A DNA stretch of 64,000 nt, taken from contig JAADVB010000061.1 in assembly GCA_023334545.1 (NCBI GenBank), positions 18,780 to 82,779 on the forward strand, in the 5' to 3' direction. Positions 31,455-42,998 of this stretch are shown one piece after another. The notes under the pieces are model-generated. The model was not told the origin of the DNA, made no database searches, and saw only the letters and a list, made by a program, of their open reading frames with translations. The translations under genes and the position numbers were made by a program. Positions within the stretch are counted from its first letter, which is position 1. Every line of letters starts with the position of its first letter. The DNA comes from Salisapilia sapeloensis CBS 127946. Lineage: Eukaryota; Protista; Oomycota.

Positions 31455-32132
31455 CATCTCTAAAAAGATCAAAGTATGTCTATGACTGTTCAAGGTAGAT
31501 CGAGCACTAGAAGCTTCGATCGCTGTCCGAGATTACCATGCGTGTGCAGTCACGGTCACGAGATCATCGATAGTCGATAGCTCTAGCAAGGATAGGGACA
31601 CAATGTGCGAAGACAATTCCTACGTTGGTTTAACTTCGTATATTTGATTTTTTATCTGGAGATAAATTGTTGGAGATACGTTTTAAACAGCCCTGCTTGT
31701 GTATGCCTATGCCATGCTAGGTGGAATAACAATGTATGCAGTTAAAGAGTAACGAAGATGTCGAATGCGTCATGCAACTTCATATCTTGATCTCCCAATT
31801 CTCATATCGTTCCGTCCAACATTTTACTAGGTCGATCAATGACGCAGGAGAAATGTAGGGCATCATGAAGGCCTCACTGCGGTTTGATTTACTTCTCGAT
31901 ATTTACACGCTTGAACGTTGAGCCTAGCTTCATCGTCTCCGGATCAGGGAGGATTAAACTTTGAACTTTTAGATAGCCGTACAAGCTAGTAACGTTGATC
32001 GTAGAAACAGCCTACTAAAAACTAACAGACTAACTCCACTGCAAACACAAAGCTTCCATCTTAGCTAGAGACATCCACAGTCCTTCTTAAATAATATTTA
32101 TTATATTAATTTTTAATAATATAATATAACAA

Positions 32133-32205
32133 GTCGGTGTCGTCTAGTGGTTAGGACGTAGCCTTAACACGGCTAAGATCGTGGGTTCAATCCCCACCAT
32201 CGATA
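32133..32205 (+). tRNA. trnV-AAC: tRNA-Val(AAC), copy 2
   Basis: Identical to 30311-30383, followed by a T-run terminator and preceded by a ~40-nt almost pure A/T tract. Confidence 0.93.
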
Positions 32206-33588
32206 CTTTTTAAATTTTGATTGACCAGCTTAAAATAAAGCAGGACGTAGTTTGGACATTTTGGCTAATGGAATCTCTTTTTACTCGCGAAAGCTTTACC
32301 CGACAAATTGGCCACAGAAGTGCCTCGAATAGAGTGTTGACAAAACCACAAGCATAGACTCCACTCAGCCAGTGGATACTCTTGCCAACTTACAGTATCC
32401 TCAATAAATCTCATTGTTTCATTATAAATGCAATTGCTACTCGACTGCACTGGTCCCGTGTGCACTTGGGCTATTACGAAAAATATTAAAAATTAATTGT
32501 ATTTCGATTCACCAAATGAGCTTTTCTAAAATAATTTAATCTCTACTCAACTTATCTCAAGCAATATACATACACACGGTCATATTGTACATTTCGTCTC
32601 TCGCTGTGTTGCAGTCGGTAGCCAAAGCAATTTGCAAATTCCCATGCATCTCCTCAATCACAAGATAATATATTTGACTGAGACGGAGCCAAATGCGTAC
32701 TTTGCGAGAAATTTGTAGTTTGTATGATCGATCGTAGATACCAGCGACTATTTGATTAATCCCATGATAAACTCATGCGATTTTAAACATTTGTCCATAC
32801 CAGCTCGCTCTACTATTGATATGACAAGAAGATTGTACGAAGACGTTTGTATACCGTGAAGTAAAGAGTCTTTAGCGCTATTATCTCCATACCTGCAAAG
32901 AATATGAGTCTAAAGTCGTGGTACCAGTAGCATATAGGGTCAACATTCAAGTTTTGATGCACTACTAGAGCCTCGAGAATATCTACTCATGATTATACGA
33001 AATATGGACAAAGACACTCGACAATACATTGATATAAAATACGTTATACCAACTTGTAAGCGCGTAAATCCTAGATGCATCAGAAACTTGTTTGTCGATG
33101 TATTGAGGGTCTATCCAAATCACCGTGGGAATCAAGTAGCACTAAAAATCGATGCTGCCTCAAATAAAAACGCATGCAAGCAGAATAAAGCTCATTGATG
33201 CACAACTTGACTGCGGTGTCGTCAGCACTGTCCGTAGCCATCAAAATATTAATATACTACTCTTCGTGTAATAGCACACAGTAGAGGTGCTTACTTCATC
33301 GGCAAAGAAAACCAGCACAAATCACTTACTTCATAATCTTAAAAACATAGATTGGTTCTTTACAAAGAATAGATCAAAGCATTAACTTCTAACACAAAGT
33401 AGCTGGTACTCAGCTTTTATCGAGAGGTTCGAGTTTATAGCAAAATGCATCGTCAAGTCGGACATGAGAAAGCAAGAGTTGGGGCATAGTACAAATAGTG
33501 AAACGCATTCAAATGAGGCAATAGACTGCAAAGAAACAATGATAACATCGTCTATATCGACAATCCAAAAGACAAACTATTCTCTTCC

Positions 33589-34179
33589 TTAGTAGTTATC
33601 TGACGAAATGAGTCCTAAATAATCGTCCTTGATCGTGCCAATCGCATTCTACCATACACATAAGTACTCGAATCATAAATACAGCACAAATACAAAGCTT
33701 ACGATTTCTGTGACGTCGACGGAGACACCCATGATCTTCAGTCGAACCCCGCAGCCTTTGCGAATCTCCACTTCTCGATCGTCTGAGATCCAGGCATTAT
33801 TCTCATGATCATACCCGTTGTTCAAATCTGCTGGCATCGCATGACGAGACACGAACACTTGTAACGGACCGACATCGGCGAAGAACCCGAGCTGGTTCAC
33901 GACCGTCACGACAGCATCGAGAACTTGGTTTTTAAACGGTCGGAACAAAATCGCTCGGTATCGAATGGTAAAGCAAACGAATCCTGAATTATCCTGAATC
34001 ACGCCTTTGCCAATATCCTCATCACGGACTTCCGTGACCGTAATGACGTAGCCATATTTGCCCATACTCGTCCCCTCAACTTCTTCAATCAGTCTCAAAC
34101 GAATGATATCATGAAGCTTCGGACCAAAGTGCATCGGATGAAGCAAAAGGTCTCGCGAAAGCTGCTTGAGGAAGAACAT
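33589..34179 (-). CDS. POLR2G: RNA polymerase II subunit RPB7
   Basis: MFFLKQL...LHPMHFGP, GKYGYVI, ILFRPFKNQVLDAVV, GFFADVGPL. A short last exon after the intron reads NAIGTIKDDYLGLI. Confidence 0.97.
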
Positions 34180-34342
34180 ATCGGCGTCGTACTCGTCTCC
34201 TCGTCCGATCCACAAATCGGTCGTCGAATGCGTGGTTCTCATTGGTTGCTTGTACACTTAAAATGTACCTAATCCATCCAATAATATATCCCCATGAAGT
34301 GGCTAATTCTTCGAGCAAAGGACCATAAAGAAGATCGAGATC

Positions 34343-36023
34343 ATGAGCTCTAAGTCGACGTTCTCCGAGACACCTGCGTACAGTGGGAAGCTCGAGTCGG
34401 CCAAGGAAGTCGCTTCGGAAGAAGCCCTCATCTATGAGGAGCTGCGTAAAGCCATCGCACAGCTCGAGAGCGTCGTGAAGACGAACGCCAAGGAAAAGCT
34501 TGCTCGTCTCCTTCGAACGACGAGCAAGCTTCGTCAGACGCTATCAGTCGCGCAACTGAACAAGGCTATCTCTCAAGCTCTTCCAGATACTAATCCATCG
34601 AAAAAATCCTTGTTATCGTACTTGTCTAACGTCGAGACGAAGGTTAACGCCACGACGGATGTGAGCATGGAAGCAGTGAAAACCGAAGACGTCGAGTCGA
34701 TCCCATCATCTGACACGATCGAAGTCGAAATCTACTTGTCTCTCTTCGTGCTCGCGGCCTTGATCAAATACAGTCTCAGTAAAGAAGCATTAGATGCCAC
34801 GCTGGCGGTCGTCCAGCGTTGCGAGCAGTTCAATCGCCGTACGCTCGACGTGTTCCAGGCAAAAGCATACAGCTACTACGTCAACGCTCGTGAACAGTTC
34901 GCTTCGAGCCGCGTGGAGCTGTCGGATCTGCGTCCCATTTTACTAGCTGCACACCGCACGGCTTGCCTTCGCTACGATGAGACGGGCCAAGCGACGTTAA
35001 TGAACTTGGTGCTACGTAGCTACTTGCGCGATAAGTTGTATGACCAGGCGTATAAATTTATCAGTAAGACGTCGTTCCCGGAAAGTGTCTCGAACAACCA
35101 GTTCGTCCGGTACTTGTACTATGTCGGCAAGGTGCAAGCCATTCAGCTCGAGTATCCGGAAGCCCATACGAAGCTGCTGCAGAGCATCCGGAAGGCGCCG
35201 CAGAATACGGCCTTGGGTTTCCGTCGAACGGTCCATAAGCTCGCAGTCATCGTCCAATTGCTCATGGGCGATGTCCCAGAACGCAGTGTCTTTGACCAGG
35301 AAGAGCTCCGTGTCGCCTTGCGTCCATACTTCCAACTCTCCAATGTGCGTACATTTTTGATAGCAGGGAAGGAATGTGTATTAACTAGATGATTCTAGGC
35401 TGTGCGTGTGGGCAACTTGGTCGAGTTCAACCAAGTGCTAGGACAGCACGTCGACCAGTTCCGAGCGGATGATACGCACTCGCTCATCCTTCGGTACGTG
35501 TGATGACTTTTGATCGATAGGAGTGATATTTCATTCGTCTTGTGGTTTCTAGTCTTCGTCATAATGTGATCAAAACGGGCCTGCGAAAGATTGCCACGTC
35601 TTACTCTCGCATCCAGTTCTCGGACATTTGTGATAAATTGGCACTTGAGACGCCTCAGAATGCGGAATTCGTGTGTGCCAAGGCCATCAAAGACGGTGTG
35701 ATTGACGCCACGATCGACCATGCCCAAGGCTGGCTCCAGTCCAAGGACTCGATCAACGTGTACACGACGATGGACCCGCAACTGGCCTTCCAACGCCGTA
35801 TCACGTTCTGTCTGGACGTGCACAACGAGGCCGTGCGGGTACGATCTGATTCTCTTTCGTACTCTTTCTTTCGCTTATATCTATCGATTACCACTAGGGC
35901 ATGCGATATCCTCCGGATGCGTACAAGAAGGATTTGGAGAGTGCTGAGGAACGTCTGGAGAGGGAGAAACAGGAAGAGGAGTTGGCCAAGGAGATTGAAG
36001 ACGAGATGGACGAAGGACTGTAG
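34343..36023 (+). CDS. PSMD3: 26S proteasome regulatory subunit RPN3
   Basis: LLAAHRTACLRYD..GQATLMNLVLRSYL, SNNQFVRYLYYVGK, SLRHNVIKTGLRKI..SYSRI, FCLDVHNEAVRAMRYP. Three introns. Confidence 0.97.
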
Positions 36024-36128
36024 ACTTCGGGTGCTAGACCGTAAGCCAAAGAAAAGAACGGTCTGCCTAAGAAAAGAATTGTCGACTTTATTTCCATTGC
36101 GGTATTCGACAAGGTACGAAAGACACCT

Positions 36129-36515
36129 CTACTCTTTCCGCGCGTACAGAGGCAGTTGGAACCGTTTGCTGTGGTAGACGGACTTGCCGACTTCCCATCC
36201 AGGCACGTCCTTCATGATCTGACGCTCGCTCGCCAAAACTTGCTCGTTCTGACGGAGGAAATTGACGTCTGCTTCTGCCTGCAAGAACGACGCGATCGAT
36301 ACGCGACGTTCACGCTCTTCAGCTGCGAGCGCTCGGCGCTGCTTGTTCGTCTGACCCACCATGTAGTATCCGAAGGATGACATGGCAAAGACGCCAAGCA
36401 AGACGGCCCATCCTGGTGGGCCACGTCGTGCTGGCAAGTGGCTACCGTGTGCCACCTTGTAGCCTCCAGGGGGAGGCATGTCTTGGTTCGGCGTAGCATA
36501 CTGCGGCGTCGCCAT
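36129..36515 (-). CDS. NDUFA13: Complex I subunit B16.6 / GRIM-19
   Basis: QDMPPPGGY, a single TM helix, PFLQAE-like SFLQAEAD, MKDVPGWEVGKSVYHS. Confidence 0.95.
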   Translation of the reverse strand: MATPQYATPNQDMPPPGGYKVAHGSHLPARRGPPGWAVLLGVFAMSSFGYYMVGQTNKQRRALAAEERERRVSIASFLQAEADVNFLRQNEQVLASERQIMKDVPGWEVGKSVYHSKRFQLPLYARKE

Positions 36516-36682
36516 GATCTAGAAGTAGGAACGAAGAGCGGACCGCCGGGAAGAGCTCGAAATTGCGTTGTCAGCCGCAAAAGCTTGTATCGTGTATCAG
36601 CCACTCAATGATTCGTATCTTTAAAATGAACCAATGACCACTATTCTTGAAGATGCTACCCAAAAGAAAAAGAAAAAAGACA

Positions 36683-38401
36683 TTACATTTCGGTCTTTTC
36701 GCCAAATAATTCGTGAATGACATCGTAGTTGATCCGCTTGCTCTTCAATTTCTATCATGAAACATAAGCAACACAGCAATAAGTATTACATATAAATCTA
36801 CATACATGGATGGCATGCTGGGCAGTGTCAGGCGGTGGCGCCTCAGTATCCACCGTCTTCTTCTTGCGTTTCTTTTTCGGTTTCGGATTCGCATCTCCGG
36901 CCTCTTTCTTCTTCGCTTGTTCCGAAAGATACTCTGCATTCATTTTTTCCCACAATCTTGTCTTGCGACTCACTTCCTCCTCGGACAAGATTAATCGATC
37001 AATCTCTTCATCATCAACGATCTCTTCCTCTGCTAATTCGACCTTTAAATCCGCTTCAATCGTTCGATAAAACGCCTTCTCCCGTTGTTGCCGATGCACA
37101 AATCGTTGCGACGCTTCCCGCATCTTTGCCATTCCGACCCTTGCCGCGCGACGACTCGCACGCGTTACCGTTGCCTCATTCGCATCTTCAAAGCCATAAT
37201 CAAACTCACTCTCGTCATCCTCGTCTCTCCCAAAAGCTTCTTCCTCCACGTCATACAAAGATTGAGTCACGAGATCTCGCACATGCCGTTTCCGATACGC
37301 AGCGTCGCCATTGAGAAAGTTTTGAAACGCTTCCTCTTGCTCCCGTCGTTTCCTTTCCACGACATCTTGTCCGTCCGTACTACTCTCCTCTATACTCTTT
37401 TCCCGTCGCTTCTGTACCTTTGGTTTCCGTTTCCCTTGCACATCATTCTCCAACAGCAACGCACTCGACTCGGCTTCCAGTGTCCGCATTACTTCTGCCT
37501 GTCGATTCCGTTGATAACTTGGTGGATCGCACTCGACACGTGCCATCTCGAGCCGACCGACTTGATCGGCCGTTAACTGTGCTGTCGGTGTCAATGCAAA
37601 CTCTTCCAATCGGACCTTGAGCGTCCGCTCTCCGATGTTCACAACGTCCATCACATCGTGGAGACTGCATGTCACGCGATGGGATCTGGCGGCTAGTAGC
37701 AACGCTGCGCCACAGATACCGGACGGCCGACGCCCAGTCTCGATCCAATCACGCTTCATCGTCGCGACGAGACGCAAGGCCGTGGTGGCAATGGCGTGTG
37801 TCTTCTCGCCCAAATGCAATTGCGAGGCAAAGCGATGGATGTACAAGGACGGATCGATAAGCGGTAGATGTAGTTGCAAGAGAGCACATAGCTTTAGAAA
37901 GACACCACCGAGGGCGTAGACGTTGAGTTGTAACTTGTCGGCAAAGTCGATGAGCAAGTGGGGAGACCGCTCTCGACGGCAGACGACGTACAGACAGGAG
38001 GAAATCACGGTTTGCGCTCGTCTTCCGTGTGTGAAATTCCGCTGGAGGGCGAGAGCAAAGAGACGAAAGGCAGAGTCGACATAGTGGTCGCCTAGACGTA
38101 GCATACCGGCAATCTGTCGTATACGCTTCTTTCCATTCGATAGAGCATTCGTTCGTGTTTCTATCCCATAGTTCCGTCCAGTCGGTCCTTTTGTACCAAA
38201 CGCAGTAGCAGAGGTGGAGGATACGAACTGCCCGACGACACTATGAGCGCCACCACCAGATTCCTGAAACTCGACGGACGAGACGATGTTATTGTCATCG
38301 AGAATGGTACCGCAATTGACGCACACGGACTCGCCGGTGACGTCCACGACGTCGATTTCAGTGCACGAGCATGTCGGACAGACTTTCGAGTTCGCAGACA
38401 T
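36683..38401 (-). CDS. BRF1: TFIIIB subunit BRF1
   Basis: Zn ribbon CPTC..CVNCG.IL, two cyclin folds (LLIDF; IDPSLYIHRFA; WIETGRRPSGICGAAL), BRF1 C-terminal block EEEVSRKTRLW, last exon KSKRINYD after an intron. Confidence 0.96.
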
Positions 38402-38567
38402 CTCGACGGACGATCTGGAGCGCACAGGCGAAGCACAAGACGAGCGACAGTAGCTGGTACTCCACTCCTTTCGTCTTGTCTGCTGTCATGGTTGCAGGTT
38501 GCACGTATGAAATGTTGCACGAAAGAAGTTGCACAAAACACGATGGCGAAAGAAAAGATTCTTTTCT

Positions 38568-39781
38568 TTACATGGCTTTCGGGCCTGGTGGTCGACGTCC
38601 ACGCAGGAAACCACCGAGTCCCTTCTGTCTACTTTTCTCCTCTTGCTCATCCAACATGCGCAATCTAGCAGAGTACTTGGTCGGTAGATCACGCAACACA
38701 CCGTCTTCATCTCGGAATTTCGCAAGTACTTGTCGAACGTCACGTACGTTTTCCATCGAAACGGCACGTAAGAACGGTAGTAGATCGCGTAGTTCATTAT
38801 TGTTCCGGTCACGACCACTCGTGTACGGCGAGATTGGGATCGCATTCTCTGGCTGTAGTTGATATGCACTCGGATCGTCATCGATCACAAGCACCTTGTC
38901 CAACGGACGATTGAGGTTCGACAAGTCTTTCACATGTGTTCCATTCATGTACCGCGTCGCGTCTCGACCGAGTACGTGCAACACGCATTGACTCTGCGGA
39001 TCCAACTTGGCAACAATTTCTTCTGCCATCGGCTGTGGATTCTGGGAGAAGACCACAACTTCAAAACGCTGGGATACGTCCTTGAGGAACTCGTCCACAC
39101 CCGGACGCTTAGCATGACGCCATCCATGCTTTCTCTAGATAGATCGATAAGTACATATATCATTGTGTTACATTCAGACGACAACGTACGTCCCACTCGG
39201 AATGGACGAGCGTGTCTTCCAGATCGAGCACGAGGACAGGGACTTGAGGCATATTAGCTGGTACTTGTGGAATCGGCCAGTCCTAGTACATGTATAAGTG
39301 CATATTCGATCGAGAAGAGTAGAATGAGATAATATACCGGCAACAGCTTGTCATGAGATGGGTCTGTGAAAGGCTTCACCATCTGTGCAACTTCCCTCGC
39401 GGCAAAGTTGTACATGCTGCCGAGTGGTGTGGCCGATAAGGTCTTTTGAATCTGCTGCTTGGTGCTTGCATCGAGGACAAAGGCCCAGGTAGCTCCACCG
39501 GCAACGCTGCCGGCGAGGAGTGCAAAGGAGATACGACTCGGGAGAGACCATGTACGCACGCTCTTGCCTTGTCCACTTGCACCCTGCGCTGCTTGACGGC
39601 GCAATTGATGTCGTTCAGCTCGCGGGATGACTTTCAATGGCACATCACGACCGACAGCATCGAACGTACTGACATTGGAGGCTTCCTGCGAATACAGTCG
39701 ACGGAGAGCATTGGATGGATTGTTTGCACCTTTGGAAGCAATACGTGCATGGGCACGCAGAAGCAAAATGGGACGCAACAT
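38568..39781 (-). CDS. TIMM50: Mitochondrial import translocase TIM50
   Basis: Presequence MLRPILLLRAHAR, single TM, FTDPSHDKLLP, LVLDLEDTLVHSEW....W...KRPGVDEF, KDLSNLNRPLDKVLVID. Multi-exon. Confidence 0.93.
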
Positions 39782-39942
39782 ACTGCCACTGCGCTCGATC
39801 CACCAACTTTCTTTTGTTGTTACGTCTTGATGCACAATTTCGACTTGATAAATGTATGTCTCGTATAAGAAAACGCATCGACCAAAAGAAAAGAGAACGA
39901 AATCTTGCAAAGGTGTAGAACGCAGTATGATACAAATATTAA

Positions 39943-40890
39943 TCAGAGGATGGCTTCGAGGTCCTCTGGCTTGTGGGTGCTAGGTACGGACACATGTGGC
40001 TCATACTTGGCATGGACAGAGCAGCTCGTGCTCTCTTCCTGCTCCAACAAGGCACACAGTTCACTACAACAAGCTGACAGGTCACTAATGGAGAATCCGG
40101 AAACTCGCTCGACGTCGGCAAACCATTGCTCGGATGGCGGTTCGTCCTGAGAACAGCATTTGGCTAGCACAATCGACGCTGCGCCCCTTACACTCGCATC
40201 GTACTGTAGACACAAGTCAAAGCAAAGTAGCGCATGCTCCGAGAAGAAACAAGCGAGCATCTGGACCGTCGTGTCGCATTCGAGCGCGGCCGCGAGAGTA
40301 TACAAAAAAAAGTCTGCGCTAGGCGGCGAGAGTCGAAAATTTAGCGTGAAAAGCATCTCCTTTTCGAACTTGACGATCGTCTGTGCCGAGTACGACTCTT
40401 GGCAGAGATAGACGAGGTCATGGACAGCGATGGGGTCCACCTCTTCCATTTTCGCGGCGATGAAGAAGGCGGTTAATCCGACCAATTGAAAGTCCTCTTT
40501 CTTCGTAAATCGTCGCGCTAAAAACCGATCAAATAGGTTGACCGTTAGATACAGTGTGCTCGATTCCAATTCAAAGTGATGATGAATGTCCAAAAGCCAG
40601 TCGAGGAGCATCGTTCGCATGCCTCGATTGAGCTCGACCTGGAAATCAAAGTAGTCGTCGTAGAGCTGGTAGACTGAAATCTTGTCCTTGCGTTTCTGGT
40701 ACTCATCCGCGGCTTGGTCGAATGGATCAAATGCATTGGCTGGTCGAGGGTCGAGGTCGATGGCAGTCCATGAATTATCGAATTCGTCCTGGTCACTTAA
40801 AACCGTGGATGCCGTGTCTGTGCGATCGCGTTTTCCTCTTTTCGGAGAATCCCATGGAATCGAAGGCTCGGGTGGAATCACTGTCAACAT
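39943..40890 (-). CDS. Cyclin (A/B-type cyclin box)
   Basis: MRTMLLDWLLDIH, TLYLTVNLFDRFL, QLVGLTAFFIAAKMEE, FEKEML.TL.F.L..P. Confidence 0.93.
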   Translation of the reverse strand: MLTVIPPEPSIPWDSPKRGKRDRTDTASTVLSDQDEFDNSWTAIDLDPRPANAFDPFDQAADEYQKRKDKISVYQLYDDYFDFQVELNRGMRTMLLDWLLDIHHHFELESSTLYLTVNLFDRFLARRFTKKEDFQLVGLTAFFIAAKMEEVDPIAVHDLVYLCQESYSAQTIVKFEKEMLFTLNFRLSPPSADFFLYTLAAALECDTTVQMLACFFSEHALLCFDLCLQYDASVRGAASIVLAKCCSQDEPPSEQWFADVERVSGFSISDLSACCSELCALLEQEESTSCSVHAKYEPHVSVPSTHKPEDLEAIL

Positions 40891-41079
40891 AATGCGTCTG
40901 TGTCAAAGCGTGAGAAAGGAGGAATGAAAACAACGAAGCGATTCCGTGGCGAAATTATCATGTTGAAGTTCCAATGGGACATGTACGGATCCCGATCTTT
41001 ACTCCATACAAAGTCGTAGACAAAATTCTGTAACGGTAGACACGGCGTATCATGAAAAGTTGTACGTGTGGGTTTCAGC

Positions 41080-41858
41080 ATGCAGCCAACACGGTCCCAC
41101 GTCCATCAAAAGGAAGTGAATGATAAGCGGTGGAGAAAAGTTTTCGAATACTTGTGCCAGCGAGAAGTGAAAGCAAAGCTTGCACGGTTGCATGAGAAAC
41201 AGCGCGTCTTCAACGCTGATCTGAAGGAGTCGGCGGTCGCGTCGACTCAAGAGGCGCAGAAGGTTGCACGCAGAGTCGATGAACTTCAGGAGAAACTAGA
41301 CAAGAGTATATGTGCTGACACATGCATCACCATTCCAGATCTGTGGATTACTGGCGGCAAAAAACATTGGTCCAAAGTATCGTTCTTGTGTTTCTATCCA
41401 TGCAATTTTTAAAATGTACCCGACACGTGTAGAATCAAGTCCAGTGGATGGTGTGGGAAGCAGATGAGGACGCCGATGGCCGGATCGGGTGGGAGGATTT
41501 TAAGCTGGCGGTTATGCGCTGCGAAGCCGACAAACAGCACCTCGAACCGCGTCTACTCTACCACTTTGTCCTATTCCTACTATGCGATTTTGAACACAAT
41601 TCAGCTGTGCCATGTCTGTGTACTATCATATCCACTTTAGAGGACACAACGATTTAACGTAAATCTTTTGTGACAGTATCCGACTTGAGTGCAGAGTTAC
41701 GCTGCCATCCTGGAACGGAGAACATTGCAGACAAGATCGATAAAATATTAAAAGATGAGAAAAAAGCGGGCATTGATGTGCACCTACTGACTGTCGATAG
41801 CTACCTCCAGCTCATTTACGCCGATCTCCCCGCAACCTTCACGTCCGCTCTGTCCTGA
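41080..41858 (+). CDS. EF-hand / calmodulin-like protein (probably cilia-associated)
   Basis: Spliced: RWRKVFEYL...; MVWEADEDADGRIGWEDF (EF-hand); EPRLLYHFVLFL. At least three introns. Confidence 0.7.
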
Positions 41859-42012
41859 TATAATACACAAACTTTACCGTCAATTCCACTATAGCCGTAG
41901 TAGAGCTTGAACAGATGCTGTCACTTCAACGTCCAATGCACGCCAATGGAACTTGTATTCGTTACGAGAGCTTTATTGATGTATCTAGACGATCAACTAC
42001 TTGACTAGATTG

Positions 42013-42819
42013 TCATCCAAACATTTCTATGAGCCGACGGAAGGCTTCGTCTTCATCAAAGTGGTGTTGACGCAACTCTTGGCATGCAGCAGCGCAGACT
42101 GTGATGTCCATGTTGCGTGTTTCGTTATATGTCGAGAATGCCAATAGCACACGTAGTAGCGTGTCTTGATGACGTGGAGATTGGAAGTCGGTAGATACTT
42201 GGCGAAGTCCTTCCAAGCGCTCAAATAGAGCTCGTACATTTTCAGCTCGTGGACACCTGTCACAAAAACAGAGGTAGTGCTGCAGATGAGGCGACTGAGA
42301 ACCTTTGAACAGACGCAAGTCATGGGTTTTCTCCATTTAGATGGCAGTTCTTTGTAAACATTTGTTCGTATTGAATACCTGTCTCTATTGGATCGGAACG
42401 AGGTGGCTGTGTCTCTGCTAGTGGAAGAGAGTTGACTGATTCTTCGGATGCTTGAGGCGTTCCATAAAAGCATAATGTAGCAGTGAAAACTTGAGCATCA
42501 CAAGACAGGTGCAATAAATAGAAAGATATACCTGGTGATGAACCTATCTCGACGTAGCTAGCAGTATACGGACTTTTCGGTTGCTCCATCCAATCCAGAC
42601 CTGCCTGTTCCTCGACACTCTGCGTCGCTAGACCTTTACCACTCGTCTGTGTCTGAGCTACTTGCATCATGATAGCTTGCTCTTCTTCATGCTCTCGCGT
42701 TCCTAAACAGAAATGTCGACGACGAGGCAGATACTCTAACCGTTAATGCCATCAGTCGAACAAGGCACTTGGTAGTACACGATAAACGTACTGCGGCAAC
42801 AGCAAACTTTCGCTCCCAT
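42013..42819 (-). CDS. Short TBC (Rab-GAP)-like protein with N-terminal MG..CCC acylation motif
   Basis: Exon 1 is MGAKVCCCR. Later YKELPSKWR and QDTLLRVLLAFSTYN...DEDEAFRRL match the N-terminal half of a TBC domain. The exon structure is only partly resolved. Confidence 0.55.
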
Positions 42820-42998
42820 CCTGTTCTTCTCACTACTTACTGTCGATGCAAAGTCTTTGAATGAAAGGATATAATCTTTGAGTGATCTCGATGTCCGCGA
42901 GGCCTGTCCGAGGAGGACAGCTAGCCCTCCTCTTGAAGTTCATTATCAGACGGTACACTATCGGTACTTTGGACAAGAACGACACCAATAATCCTACC

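Noticed and set aside
30473-32000. Idea that the palindrome is part of a larger inverted duplication that includes the tRNAs or the integrase relic
   Set aside because: The tRNAs are in direct orientation, and similarity fades beyond ~30967/31515.
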